Assembly (NCBI GenBank): GCA_039545335.1
Contig: BCIN01000006.1
Coordinates: 930,001-994,000 of the forward strand
DNA from: Kondoa subrosea
Taxonomy: Eukaryota
DNA length: 64,000 nt
Direction: 5' to 3'
The position numbers and the translations under genes are program-made. This document shows, one piece after another, positions 1 to 13,197 of this stretch; the stretch's first letter is position 1, and each line of letters starts with the position of its first letter. A model generated the notes under the pieces. The model searched no databases. It saw only the letters and a list, made by a program, of their open reading frames with translations, and was not told where the DNA came from.

Positions 1-68
1 CTCGAACCGTTGCGAATTGTAACAGATCTTCAACACCTGCTACTAACACTAAATCCACATATCTGATC

Positions 69-2262
69 ATGGGTCTCGCTTCTAAAGTATGCTCTCCATT
101 TGGCATTTCGTAAGCGTAGTGTTGACATTCCATTCCCTTTGCAATAGCTCGCTGCTGCTCAAGCTGGAGGCGGTGCAGCTCCTCAAGGGAGCTATGGTGC
201 ACCATCATCTCAACCTCCTCAACAAGGTAAAGCTATAAACAAGCCGCCCTTACTTCGACATTTGAACGTGTTCTGGACAGGTTATGGCGCTCCTCCTCAA
301 CAGCAAGGTGGTCAATTGCCATACCCTGGATCAGCTCCTCAAGCCAATCAAGGCTCACGACGTCAGTCGCATCCGGGATTTTAAATATCGACGAGGCTGA
401 TTTGCATAATAAACAGCAAACTCGATGACTGGACCTCCAGGAGGCCAATACGGAGCTCCACAACAATCGTACGGCGGTCAACAGAGCTACGGCACACCTA
501 GCGGACCTCCTCCTGCAATGGGAGCTCCTCAAAGCTCATATGTAAGCATACCCTGTCTCTTGGGCTATGCTTTTATTAACATCGAAATGAAGGGCCCTCC
601 TGGAGCTGCTCCTCCTGTCAATTATGGTGGTCAGCAACAAGGCCGGCCTCAAAGCCAACAATACGGCGCACCTCAATCCAATTATCCTGGTCAAGCTCCT
701 TCAAGCTATGGCGGAAATCAGCAATACGGAGGCTCGCAACAAGGTGGATACGGAGGTCAGCAACAAGGTGGCTATGGAGGTCAGCAACAGGGCTATGGTC
801 AACAGCAACGTACGTTCCAACAATTGCATTGGGATCGATGAGATTCTAACGATTTTGGGATTTCAGCTCAACAAGGTTATGGACAAGCTCCACCTCCTCA
901 AGGCGGTCCTAGGCCAGCTGGTGGTAATGCTGCTAGTGATCCTGCAGCCATTCTATCAATTCTGCAACGTAGGTATATCACTTATTCAGTGTTGACGCCC
1001 AATTCATCTCTGCTATCTGACCAGACTGTGCTCAAGAGCAGAACGTCATGTCTTTCTTTCAACCTCAGCAATTGCAGCAAATTGCTCAACAAGTTGCCTC
1101 AAGTGGTGCTCTAAGCCGAATCGCCGCCGAATGGAAGTTACCAATGGAAGTCGCTTCCGATCTCGTCAAGCTTGCTTTGTTCGATACCATCCTCTACTTG
1201 GACGATAGTGGATCGATGAGATTCGAAGAGGGTGGATCTAGAATCGATGATCTGAAACTCATCGTTTCCAGAGTCGCTTACGCTACTTCTTTGTTCGATC
1301 AAGATGGTATTCAAGTTAGATTTATGAACTCCAACGTTCAGGGCAATAACCTCAGAAGCGAACAAGAAGCGGATAGGCTTATCCAGCAAATTAAGTAAGT
1401 CATGCTTTAGCTGAGAAAGATTCATACTGATGTATGACTTATAGATTCACCGGGTTAGTCGCAGTACGATGTACCTCTCAATTTGGCTGACGTACTACAT
1501 GCAGTCTCACACCGCTCGGAACCAACTTGCAACAGAAAGTTCTTGGTCCTCTTCTTTTGGGACCAGCTCAATCTGGTCAACTCCAGAAACCGGTTCTCAT
1601 CATCGTCGTCACTGATGGAGAGCCTGGTGGAGAAAACAGAGACACTTTGGTTCAGGTCTTAAGCGGTGCGGTTCAGCAATTGAGCAGAACTCGCTACGGT
1701 GCCGATGCTATTAGGTGCGTCGGTATATCAGTGCTATAGATCGGTGACTGATGAGGACTGATAGCGTTCAATTGGCTCAAGTTGGAAAGTAAGTCAAAAT
1801 TGATGCAAAACCCAAAAATTTGATTAGATCTGATATTCCGGTCAACTACAGTGACATGAAAGCAAGGAAGTTCTTAGAGGAGATCGACGAGAACCCTATT
1901 ATTGGTGGCATGGTCGATTGTCAGTTATTCTGCCCGCATTCAATTTGGGCTTTTGACGTTGATGTCGGATTTTAGGCACTTCAAACTATGAACAAGAAGC
2001 CGATAACATGATGAAAGCGAATCCGTGGGTCCTTCTCCTAAGCTCAGCCTGTACATCGCTAATGCTTTCGAGACAGACCTGTTGATTTGAGCCCAGGTAA
2101 ATGCTCAACCAATTTCCGATGATGCCCCAGGACTGATGCTTTCAGAAGAACTCTGGTTAGTGAAGCTCCTGCTCGGTGCAGTGGATGCATCGTACGATTC
2201 CAGTCAGTCTTCTTGATTACCGATTGACAAAATATCTGAAATCGCTTGCAGAGGACGAATAG
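69..2262 (+). CDS. vWA-domain protein with long Gly/Gln/Tyr/Pro-rich low-complexity N-terminus (resembles fungal RfeF-like proteins); multi-exon
   Basis: ATG at 69; spliced start MGLASKLAAAQ; GQQQGGY-type repeats; vWA with intact MIDAS (LYLDDSGSM ... GLTPLG ... IVVTDGEP); ends ASYDSKDE, TAG 2260-2262; includes a 9-nt exon at 1445-1453. Confidence 0.85.
700..810 (+). repeat. Coding tandem repeat YGG(N/S/Q)QQ(Q)GG
   Basis: Translation SYGGNQQYGGSQQGGYGGQQQGGYGGQQQGYGQQQ; repeated ggtcagcaaca units. Confidence 0.8.
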
Positions 2263-2591
2263 GCTTCCATAAGCCTCGAGCGGTCAGTTCCTTCTTTGAT
2301 GCGTGCTTCATGACTGTTGAGCAGCAAAGAGACAGCGTGACCGCACTACAAATGCCTCAAAGGTGAAAGAAACGAAGTAGTCTTGTAAATTGCTATAGCT
2401 TGAATTGAGTGGACTCTAGTTGTGCACTTGTGAAGTGTAGACTGGTTATCTCGACGTTCATTGTTTGTGCTCGCGAGATCTCCATACATAGGATTGACTT
2501 ACGTAATGCATTTGAAGATAAAACATCTTGGTACGAGACGGCGAGTAGTGCGACCGAGCTCCTACTTCGCTATACCGCTACCTACTCATTA

Positions 2592-4099
2592 ATGGATTCC
2601 TTGTCCCTCCAAGCAAGACCATTCAGTCATATTGCTTTGCCTGTAGAAATTTGGTCACACGTTTTCGACATCCTCTCAATTAATATACTCCAGGTAGATG
2701 GTATCGCATGCAAGACTACTGTGCGGGACTGGGCCTTGCTCTCAAGATGCTGCAGTCCGTTGGCTTGCGCATGTCTTGAGTTTGGACTGACTCGGGCGCA
2801 GAAACGTTCCACTCGCTTTGCATTCCTTGGATGTACAGGCGACTTACCTCTGACGAAATAGTAAACCCAGCTATTCCACTCACAAAGTTTGGTCATCTTG
2901 TTCAAAAGGTCTTCTGGGAAGTGGAACCTCGGTACGACTGTTCAGAAGCGGATCCTAGCAAACACTATGTCAACAAGGCTTTCAGAGATCGTAATATCCG
3001 ATTGGCAAATCGGTTGGTGCATTGTCCGAATATCGTTGACCTATACCTATGGCTAGAAGACCCTCGCGTGGAGCGCAAGTGGTGGCAGACTTCTCATTTA
3101 AAGCCTCTCACCTCCCTGCCTGTACCTTGCCATCATCTGTTTCGCAACCTCCGCTTTCTCCGGAACCTCAAGCGATTTAGCTTCGATTACTCAGACATGT
3201 ATCAACCACCACAAGCTGATCTCCTTGCCCTACTCAGGCTCTTCGTGACATCGCCCAGTCTGACCTTTTTAATGATAGACGAAGATGCGACTGCCGCTGG
3301 TATTCCTCTGTTTACTCAGGTCCGTATCAAGAAGCTCGAGATCGCAAATGCGGATGTCAGTACAGGGCAATACTTCCCTGCTCATCACTGTCCTGATCTC
3401 ACAACTTTTCACTATACACATTCGCGCGGCAGTATTACTTTCAGCGAATTGGTGCATCAATTCTGCTCAGCTCTTGCTGTCCCTACTGTGAAGCAACTGA
3501 AAATCAACCGTCTGACAGCAAATAGTACACCGCAGAGAAGTATCCAGTCTATCTTCCCAGCTTGCCAGGAATTGTCGTTGATGTTCTACCATATCGAAGG
3601 CAGCAATCCATCGCAATCACTTGCCACAACATTGTCGCATCTTTTCCCTATCAATGATTCTGCACGCGTCAAAACCTTAGAAATCTATACTGGCTATGGT
3701 CATTTCGTCAGACTTCTCCCTTCATCGATCAAGCCATCATTCTCTTCTCCTCTTTGGTGCAACTTCTTTCTACCGTTCTACAATCGGAAAACTTTTCCAG
3801 CCTTGGAACTTCTCACTTTCGAATTCTCCTTCCCACACAGTTTGACCGACTTAGAGATCTTCTTGGGTCTTCAGGACGAGCAAAATTGGCCAGATGAAGC
3901 AAGATGGGAAAGAATGAAACCGAAATGTTATGCATTGATAGAAAGACTGCTGTTGGAGGAAGCTGCACCGAAAGATTTACGTGTCGAGGTTTCGCTTAGA
4001 ATTGGAAATGGTTCAATGGATCGAAGGCTAGACAGGATATACCTCATCAATGGGGAAATCAGCAGATGCTTTCGAGGATGGGAATGGGTCGAGACTTGA
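2592..4099 (+). CDS. F-box-like/LRR-like protein
   Basis: N-terminal LPVEIWSHVF...LSRCCK motif; an intron near 2756-2811 (gtccgt...gcag) joins the 2409 and 2831 ORF frames; Leu-rich repeats such as LRNLKRFSF and FPALELLTF. Confidence 0.65.
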
Positions 4100-4290
4100 G
4101 GCGGAATTCCGCGGCATTGGTCGATATGCGATCTTCGATTCATCTGGTCCTTTTTCGCATCATCAAAGCCAGAGCTGACGAAACACCGAAGCTATCCCTT
4201 TGCTATTGCTGAACAGCCCAACTTTATTTCGTCAGCGGTCCGTGATTGACCTGAGCGTCGACTAGGCGTCACTAGTCACTGCCAAGCGAT

Positions 4291-5567
4291 ATGGTCCGGA
4301 CGAATGGAACAAAACCGCGAGCTACTCTCCTGGACCTGCCAATAGAGCTGCATCTCGCTATCTTCTCTTGCATTCCCAAACCCCAATTTTACGAGATATC
4401 GGATTATGCAAAACATCAAGCTCATCTTGCTCATCTTTCTCTCGTGTGCAAGACTCTTCTCCCGGTTGCACGAACTCATCTGTTCAAATGTCCTCTATTA
4501 CATGATAATCCACACGGACGCAATGAAAATGCCCGTCGAGCAATAGGGCTGGATGGGTCGGAGCAGGCTGCTATGACTACCGATCGCTTACGCAGCTTCA
4601 CCTTGTGGGTAGCAGGGGATAAACCTGAAGTGAAGGGAAATTTGCTGTTTTCGGAATTGGCTTCGCTGCAATGGTCGGACCTGCGACTTCTCGCTATCAA
4701 GATACGTTATCAGGCTCCTATCATTCACTTACATGAAGTCCGCACAACTATGCAACGAATGGGTATCCTGGGCAATCTGGAACACCTTTGTTTGGAAGAT
4801 TTCGACACTACCGTCTATGAATTGGCAAACTTCATCAAATCAATCTCCTCTAGTCAGCGGCTGTTGAGTCTGCGACTTGATGTGTATAACACTTTCTCGG
4901 ACACACGGCGATTTAATCTAGCAAGCAATGCGCTTTCAAATCTACGTACTTTGCGATTGAACAAATCCTCCTGGACCGAACCAGAGGACGGAAATACTCT
5001 ATTTATCGCTATTCCGCAATCTGTTGAAACCCTGGTGATCATGCTAAATCTGTATCCCAATCTACCACCGCAAACATCATCTTGGAACAACCTCAAGAAT
5101 CTCAAACATCTGGTGGTCGACAACTTTGATTCAGGTTGCCCAGAATTACCGTTCGTGCCTATCAGCTCATCATATCGCAGCTCTGACCTGATTCTTACAG
5201 TCCTCTTTTGGAAAGTTTCTATGCGGAAAGATGTCTATCAGCCCCTCAGCATGTTTCGCTCCGATTGTTTTCCTTTGGCCACACTCTGCACATGTCGACA
5301 ATGGTTGATGCTATTCGCGCTGGAGCTTTACCTAAATTGGAAAAGCTTTACTATCACAACTGGGGTCGGTGTGATGCGAGCCTGGAAGCAGCGTGTCGCA
5401 AGAGGAATATTGAGTGCCATCGTGTTCTTAAGGTCTTGTCCGATGACGAGTGGTTGGACAGTAAGCTGCTTCACCCAGCATTAAAGTTTCAGCTCATTGC
5501 ACGAAGTTGTGCAACAAAATTAGCTATCACGTGTCAACCCTTTCTTTGTATCAGTCTTATGATCTAG
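4291..5567 (+). CDS. F-box/LRR-like protein
   Basis: LLDLPIELHLAIF F-box motif and LSLVCK; LRR segments (LEHLCL, LRTLRL, LKNLKHLVV); intron 5151-5200 joins to the 5208 frame (LPKLEKLYY...LEAACRKRNIE); exact stop uncertain. Confidence 0.7.
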
Positions 5568-5735
5568 CTTCAAGTGTCGATATCAGAGAATATTCACAGT
5601 ATAACCCGTATCTGCGTGTTTCCAATAAATATTCAATGCATGTAAAACTACTATGCCCTCAACGATCTCTGAAATGTCTTTCCTTCTCATACTTCATCTC
5701 CCTGCATCTCACTTGCCTCGAAGGCTTCGAATCGA

Positions 5736-6692
5736 TTACTGGGAGGAGCAATAGTCAGCTGATACTGATTCGTCTGAAAAGAAAAAGATAGGACGAACCG
5801 GTTTTGGTACTTTCAAAGACTTTGAGATGAACAATGTGCCCCATCTAGATCGCACATCAGTGTGAAGCACCATCTTGGGACAAGTCACAAAACTTACACC
5901 AAGAAAACGAGAGAAAGCCAATGCATCTGAACATCAAAGTTGTCCAACAAAGGTTTGATTAATCCACCAGGTAAACCAGCTCCTTTCCCGCCAGGTCCTT
6001 CAATTTTCCCATATTTCACCATAATACTCATCAAAGTAACCAAACCAAGTGAAGTTGGAATAGGTAAACCTTCAAAGAATTTAGCTTTGCCTGTTTCATC
6101 TTTTGGTGCGAAAGCGACTGTTGCATTGAACCTAGCTAATCTAGCTATACCGCAACAGATGAAAGTTGTTAAACATAAAGTATCGAGAGTTGTTCGTAAT
6201 CCAATACAATATGCGCTAACATTATGCGTTAGCTGAAACATGAAGAGGAAGAGGCAAGGATGGCTCACCAGAAAGCAGGAGCTACACCAAAAGAAAGGGA
6301 ATCGGCTAATGAATCCAATTCTTGACCTAACATTGATGCTTCGTTTCTCCAACGTGCGACTTTTCCATCAAACAAGTCAAAGAACATTCCAGCTAAAGGA
6401 TAAGCCAGTGCTTTCCTATAACAACAATCACATTGAATCAGCTACACACGCAGAGAGTAAGCGAGGGTAAAGCTAACCATAGATATTGTTGATCTGAAGT
6501 CAAGAGATAATTGCCGCAATTGAAGACGGACAGAGATCCACAAACTCCATTCATGACAGTAACTAAATCAGCTAAACGAAAATTGCGAACAAGAGAGAAA
6601 TGTCTGTCGTCTTGAACGAATGCTTTCAGTTGTCTAGCTTCCTTTTCTTTATCTGAGGAGGAACCATCATTGGATAGTTTGGAGGCTGGCAT
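5736..6692 (-). CDS. CHO1: CDP-diacylglycerol--serine O-phosphatidyltransferase (phosphatidylserine synthase)
   Basis: HFSLVRNFRLADLVTVMNG, CGIARLARFN, FFEGLPIPTSL and C-terminal KSLKVPKP; CDP-alcohol phosphotransferase segment near 6290-6400. Confidence 0.93.
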
Positions 6693-7915
6693 AGAGGGCT
6701 TGAGAGGTGCTGAGTTCTCGGGTAAGATTGGTTTGATGGCTGCGTCTAAGGTTTGACTGTGAGGAGGTGCAGTGGTTTCTGTATGCGGCGCAAAACAGTA
6801 AGCGCTGGCTCTAAGCAGGGATACGGTACTGATGATGACGTACCTATGTTCTGTGTTGTACCGGGCATTTAAAGTGAGAACGGTGGTCAAAAGCAAGAGC
6901 CCAGCTCGTGGAACTGCAATGTCGTCAATAATATTGGATGAGTGTCTCGAAAGTGAAGGATCCGCAGGTCGCTTCAGCTGCAAGATGAAGCCTCTAGATA
7001 TGGGATGCAATAGAATCATCGGTGAACGTTGCTCGTCACCCAGACACCCCTTCGCTGCGTTTCGTTTATTGAATAGCCCTTCACTCTTGTACTTCTCCCT
7101 TGTCATGTGAAGGAGAAAATCACCGAAAGGCGTGTGTTCCGTTTTGTTGAGCGCAAAGAATCAGAACCAGCAGGAAAATCGTGCTCTGTGCAATGAGACA
7201 GCGAATTCAACGACGAGCAAATCAATAACGGCAAGGTATTCTCACATTGTAGCATCTCCTTAGTGTCCATGTCTGCTACCTAGCTTGATCCGATTACCAA
7301 AGCGAGTTCGCGAACTTGCTGTAATTCGATCAGCTCATGATTTCTTCTCTCTTGCCGATTCGTAAGAATGAGTATCAACAAATCAGCAGTTATATTTATT
7401 GTCTTTCTTATATCTGATCGAGCTTGTGCGTGTGTTCGCCGCCTTTCCGAATCGAAATGCTTTCTCAGCGGATCGCACTTCTCTTGAATGCTGTATGCTT
7501 CAGTTGTGAATAACGAGACATGGAGTTCATGATAATGATGAGAGCGACCAAATGCGCATAGCAAATTATCCAACTGGAGCCCGGCCGTTCCCATCAATGA
7601 AATCAGAGTCGCAGTGCCAGAGCCAAGTGACCAATGCACATCTCAGTGTTCCACTCGAGTGAGATATCAATGCTCGTATTAGAGATAACAAGAGAAGCTC
7701 TGAAAGCTGGGTAAGAAAGAGGGTGGGCTTTGAAGCAAAGAAGCGAGAGAATGCCAAATGAACAATAATTGAAGGAAGCCCAGTTGACAGAAAACGCAAA
7801 AAGGGGTATACAAGCTAAAAGCCAGTAATGATGACAAGTATGCTTGAATCATGTTCGTAGCTGCAAGACAAGCCTGTAAATAAATCATTGCACTCTTGTC
7901 AAGTGACAGCCTCGA

Positions 7916-10900
7916 ATGGATTTCAGTCATCTGGATGGCAGCTCAGAGTACTCGTATTCAGCCGCCAGTACAGCAGCAAGCGATTCACCAGTGTTGCCTC
8001 GGAATCCAGCTACATATGGGAAGGACTCTTCTTCAACCGAGATTGGCAGTAGTACAATCAATGGAGACTTTGATGCTTTGAGCTTGTCGTCGAATGATGT
8101 GCAACAAGAAGCTGCTATTATTGAAGATCAGGACTTTGATGGCATGCTAGATGCGACGGACAGAGATCTACCCGCTCATGCTTGCTCGTCAGTCCTTCTC
8201 TTCTCTTTTGATCCACGCACTGCTAACTCACATTCATATGCACAGATACTGCGGCATACATCATCCTTCTTCAGTTGTTCAATGCTTGACTTGCTCGAAG
8301 TGGTTCTGCAATTCTCGTGGCTCGACTTCAGGTTCTCATATAGTCAATCATCTCGTTCGATCCAAACATAAAGAAGTCACTTTACATCCTTCATCACCTT
8401 TAGGCAGTACCACACCAGAATGTTATTCTTGCGGAGCACGAAATGTTTTCTTACTCGGTTTCATACCTGCCAAATCAGATACTGTGGTTGTTCTACTATG
8501 TAGACAACCTTGTGCTGCTTTACAAGGAGGTACAACTGCTTTAACTGGAGGAAACAGTGGAAACAAAGATTTGGTTTGGGATACTTCTCAATGGTCACCT
8601 TTAATAGAAGATCGACAATTCTTATCTTGGTTAGTTAAAGTACCTAGCGAAACTGAAACTTTGAGAGCAAGACAAATCACTTGGTCTCAAATTAACAAAC
8701 TTGAAGAATTGTGGAAGGAAGACGCTAATTTGACTTTGGAAGATTTGGAGAAACCTGGAATTGATGATGAACCTCAACCTATTCTGTTGAGATATGAAGA
8801 TGCGTATCAATATCAAAATATCTTTGGTCCTTTAGTCAAGATTGAAGCGGATTATGATCGAAGAATGAAAGAGGCGCAAACTCAAGATCAACTTGTTGTC
8901 AGATGGGACAAAGGTTTGAATCAGAAACATGTAGCGTGGTTCAATTTGCCCAAGTTGGAATCCGGTGAAGTCAGATTGGCTGTTGGTGATGAGCTGCGAT
9001 TGAAGTACAATGGCGAATTGAGGAAAGCATGGGAAGGCATTGGTCATGTCGTCAAGGTACCCAGCAGTGAGTTCGAATGGTCCCTGGTTTTGCGAAAACC
9101 GAATGACAGAATACAGATGTCTCGGATGAAATTGCTCTTGAACTTCGCAAAGTCGATGATCCGAATACACCAACTGATTGCTCGCACAATTTCTCTGCTG
9201 ACTTTGTCTGGAAATCTACTTCTTTTGATCGTATGCAAGCTGCTATGAAGACTTTCGCAGTAGATGAACAATCCGTTTCTGGCTATATTTACCACAAGTT
9301 GATGGGTCATGAAGCTCAATTACCTGCTAATATCAGGACAGCTTTGCCCAAAAGGTTCGTCTAGTGGTGGGTATATTCAGCCTGGCTGATTTTTGCTGCC
9401 CCCAACGAACAGAGTTTCTGCGCCCAATCTACCTGACCTGAATCATTCTCAAGTCTATGCAGTCAAATCTGTCCTGCAAAAACCTTTGAGTCTGATTCAA
9501 GTCAGTTCTGGAATTGCACAAAGAACGAACTATGCTGACTGTCACGGTTTTTGCAGGGTCCACCTGGAACGGGCAAAACAGTCACTTCAGCGTCAATAGT
9601 CTATCATCTGTCAAAGCTATCACCAGGTCAACCTGTGCTCGTTTGCGCTCCATCCAACGTCGCCGTCGATCAACTTTCAGCTAAACTTCATCTGACTGGA
9701 TTGAAAGTGGTTCGCATCACCGCTAAATCACGTGAAGCCCTAGAATCATCAGTATCATACTTGACCTTGCATGAACAAGTTGCAGCCTTGGCTTCTTCCG
9801 GAGCCAAAGGTCAATCTGAATTGGGAAAATTGATACGCTTAAAGAACGAGCAAGGGGAATTGAGTTCTTCGGATGAAAGGAAATTCAAGACTTTGACAAG
9901 AGCTTGCGAAAAGGAATTGTTGCATGCTGCGGACGTCATCTGCGCTACTTGTGTTGGTTGTGGAGATCCGAGATTGGCCAAGTTGAAGTTCAGGACTGTG
10001 TTGATTGATGAGGCCACGCAATCGGTCAGTCTGCGTTGTTATGTATTTCATTTGGCGTTTCTGACAAGGCGCCTTGGACAGACCGAACCGGAGTGCATCA
10101 TTCCCCTCACAATGGGCTGCAAGCAACTTGTTATGGTTGGAGGTCAGTGTGAAGACTTGATTTAACATCTGAACTGTCTGAATCGAGTGCTCCATCTGAC
10201 AGATCACCAACAATTGGGTCCTACTATCGTCAATAAGAAAGCAGCTCGAGCAGGTCTAAACCAATCTCTCTTCGAACGCTTAGTCATCTTGGGCAACAGA
10301 CCGATTCGCTTGCAAGTTCAATACCGCATGCATCCTTGCTTGTCAGAATTCCCAAGCAATATGTTCTACGAAGGTACTTTGCAGAATGGTGTTACCGCTC
10401 CTGAACGGCTCAAGAAGAGCGTTGATTTTCCTTGGCCAATTGAAACTACACCTATGTATTTCCATCAAAATCTGGGTCAAGAGGAAATTTCCAGCAGTGG
10501 TACTTCTTTCTTAAATAGGTCTATGTCGACAACACTGTGCTGAGATAATGGTTGCTGACTTGTTTCCGATTATGACAGAACTGAAGCTTCCAATGTCGAG
10601 AAGATAGTTACTCGATTCTTCAAATCTGGTGTTCTGCCTAGCCAAATTGGTATCATCACACCTTATGAAGGTCAAAGATCCTACATTGTTTCATACATGC
10701 AATTCAATGGTACCTTGAAGAAGGACCTCTACAAAGAGATCGAAGTCGCTAGTGTTGACGCTTTTCAAGGTCGAGAAAAGGACTACATTATTCTCAGCTG
10801 TGTCAGAAGCAATGAACATCAAGGCATTGGTTTTTTGAACGATCCAAGGCGATTGAATGTGGCTTTGACTCGCGCTAAGTATGGCTTTGTGATTTTGGGC

Positions 10901-11680
10901 AATCCAAAGGTTTTGAGTAAGGTGAGGGATAGAATGATTATGGCATCTGTGTCTATGGCTAACATTCGTTCTATCTTCGTAGCACGCGCTTTGGCATCAT
11001 CTTCTTAGTCACTACAAGGAGAAAGGATGTTTAGTAGAAGGACCTCTAAATAATCTGCAGACTTGTAAGCCGCGTTTCAGGTGGTGAACAGATATATACT
11101 GATAGATATGACTAGCTATGATCCAGCTCAGCAAACCTCGTCGCGGGCACGAGAAAAACACGCTTGATCGCTTCTCACACAACGCTAGGGATGCCATCAC
11201 GCCTAACGGATTGCCTGATAGTCAGTTTCTCATAATTAACGAAAGATATGGTAGCTGATCTGCAGAAAGCTCGTCGCAATGGACTTCCCAATCGCTTCGA
11301 ACATGGTGGCTTCTTCCGATCAGATGCTGGCTACATCCCGTCAGATGCTCAATCCATTCGATCACAAATGACCTATGCTTCTGGCTTACCCTCGAACTTA
11401 TCTTCCTACGCAGGTTCCAGCAAACGATATGCCGCTTCCTCAGCTCAAGATGACGACACAAGCAGCGTCGCAGGTAGTTCAATCGCTTACTCGCAAGCGG
11501 ATCGTTTGGCTCGACTTGGTACTGCTACCGAGAACGAAGCAATGGAAGATTACAAGAGTCAAGCTGGAGACGATGATGAGACTCGTTCTGTCTTCTCTAC
11601 AGTTGCTTCGTCCCAAATTACTGTGAGTTACTTTGTATTACTGCTCTTACAGATGCTGATTATTCACTCAGACTTGGTAA
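7916..11680 (+). CDS. UPF1: NMD RNA helicase Upf1/Nam7
   Basis: CH zinc domain ([23 protein letters not shown]); SF1 motifs [53 protein letters not shown]-rich tail; stop TAA 11678-11680 after a final intron. Confidence 0.97.
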
Positions 11681-12265
11681 CCGATGCAAGCGTTGGATAT
11701 AACAGCATGCTTCTCGTGCAGCTGTCAAGTCAAAATAAGGCAAGACCAACGAGCTGTCGCCTGATTGCTCCAGCCTGCTGCCCTCTGCACTATCGCAACA
11801 CATGGTGAAGCGAGCGGGCAAGTGAAGATGCTCTGGCTCTCCAGTAGACAGATTTGCAAGACTGGACACGATTATGGATGTTGGGGATACCAGACCCGGC
11901 TACAGCGGGTTTTGGCAAGGCTGTTGCACATTCGCAAATAGATAATGCAATGTTCCCTGATTTATGCACGCGTATGTAGATTGCACGATGAGAGAGGAAG
12001 AAAACGTCGGGCTGGCAAGTTGATACAGGCAATAACACTCACGACAGCGGTTCACGAGATTGATATACTTCGTTGTTGAAAGGTTTCTGCCTGCGAGTTC
12101 GAGATATCACTTTGGACATGATGCATGTCCCTTGTCGACGGGTCGCAAACAAAACGGCAATCGATTGGAGCCTCAAATTTAAAGCTTCAAGCACACTTGC
12201 GAGAGTCCCATCATTACACATATTCGAAACCCAAAGACCTCAATCATGTCAATACCTCTTCCAGC

Positions 12266-13197
12266 CTAGACCGACAATCCATTGCTGCAGTACGGGCTCT
12301 TGTAGACCGTAGCGGGGCAAGCAGAGTTGCTCTCCATGTAGAGGCCAGTGCTAGGATCGTAGAAGCCTGCAGAAAGTGCCATGGTCAAGCTAAGCTGTTT
12401 CTTGAACACGGAAGCGAACTTACAGGAAAGATCAATATTACCCATGCGAGCATCATCTTCACTTGCTGAGTATGCGCACAAAGTGAATTTAGAGCTACAA
12501 GAGCAGAAAAAGGCTTCGGCATCTTTTTGCCCGTGAGTGAGAGAATATCCAAACTCACCGAGACGAGAAACCGAGTTGACCGCTTGCAAACCATTCACCA
12601 CTTCCTCCTTGTGTTCTTCTTGGACAGATAGAGTAACAATACTTACTAGTACTAGATGATTCATCAAGCTGAGCAGCTGGACATATGGCTGGTTGATCTG
12701 CCGTTAATTTGCCAGTATCGGCCTGTATAATCATAAGCCGTGAGGAACAATGACAGACGAGATTACACACGTCGTATGCGCAGGTGGAGCGAGTGCTACC
12801 ATCTAGCGTTGTGTAATAGCAATAAAGCGAAGCGCGACCGCCGGTGATTACTGCTCTATTAGCCGATAGAAAGGTATCTTAGCAGTACCTCAGTCTTGAG
12901 TGAGAGTGATGCAAGAGACGGAGATTACATACTTGTGTAGCCAGTTGGCGGTGCAGGACAATCCTAGGACACCTAGTCAAGCCTGTAACAAAATTGAGTG
13001 CGAACAATCATTACCACAAATTTAGATGCAGGAACACCAGGAACCGTTGAAGACTGCGATTGACGAGCGCTGAGACGTTTAGAGGTACCCATTCGAATAT
13101 CGCGAGCGTTAACTTGACGCTGAGCGATGACTTCAGCCAAAGGAGCAGCGGAAGCCAGAAGAGCCGAGAAAGCAGTAACAAGAATAGTGATCTTCAT
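12266..13197 (-). CDS. Small secreted Cys-rich protein, copy 1 (about 218 aa, 6 exons, 10 Cys)
   Basis: Signal peptide MKITILVTAFSALLASA; propeptide with KR; spliced modules DCPAPP...LYCYY...TCAYDADTGKL...ICP and ICPRR...LCAYS...SCFYDPSTGL...ACP; reading frame and introns supported by the paralog. Confidence 0.8.

Noticed and set aside
6693..7106. In-frame upstream extension of the CHO1 ORF (222-aa ORF)
   Set aside because: No recognisable protein features; the Met at 6692 gives a normal-length Cho1; probably a chance open frame
7110..7900. Short ORFs, splice-like signals and TGATGA boxes between CHO1 and UPF1
   Set aside because: Could not build a consistent spliced ORF or a convincing C/D snoRNA; left unassigned
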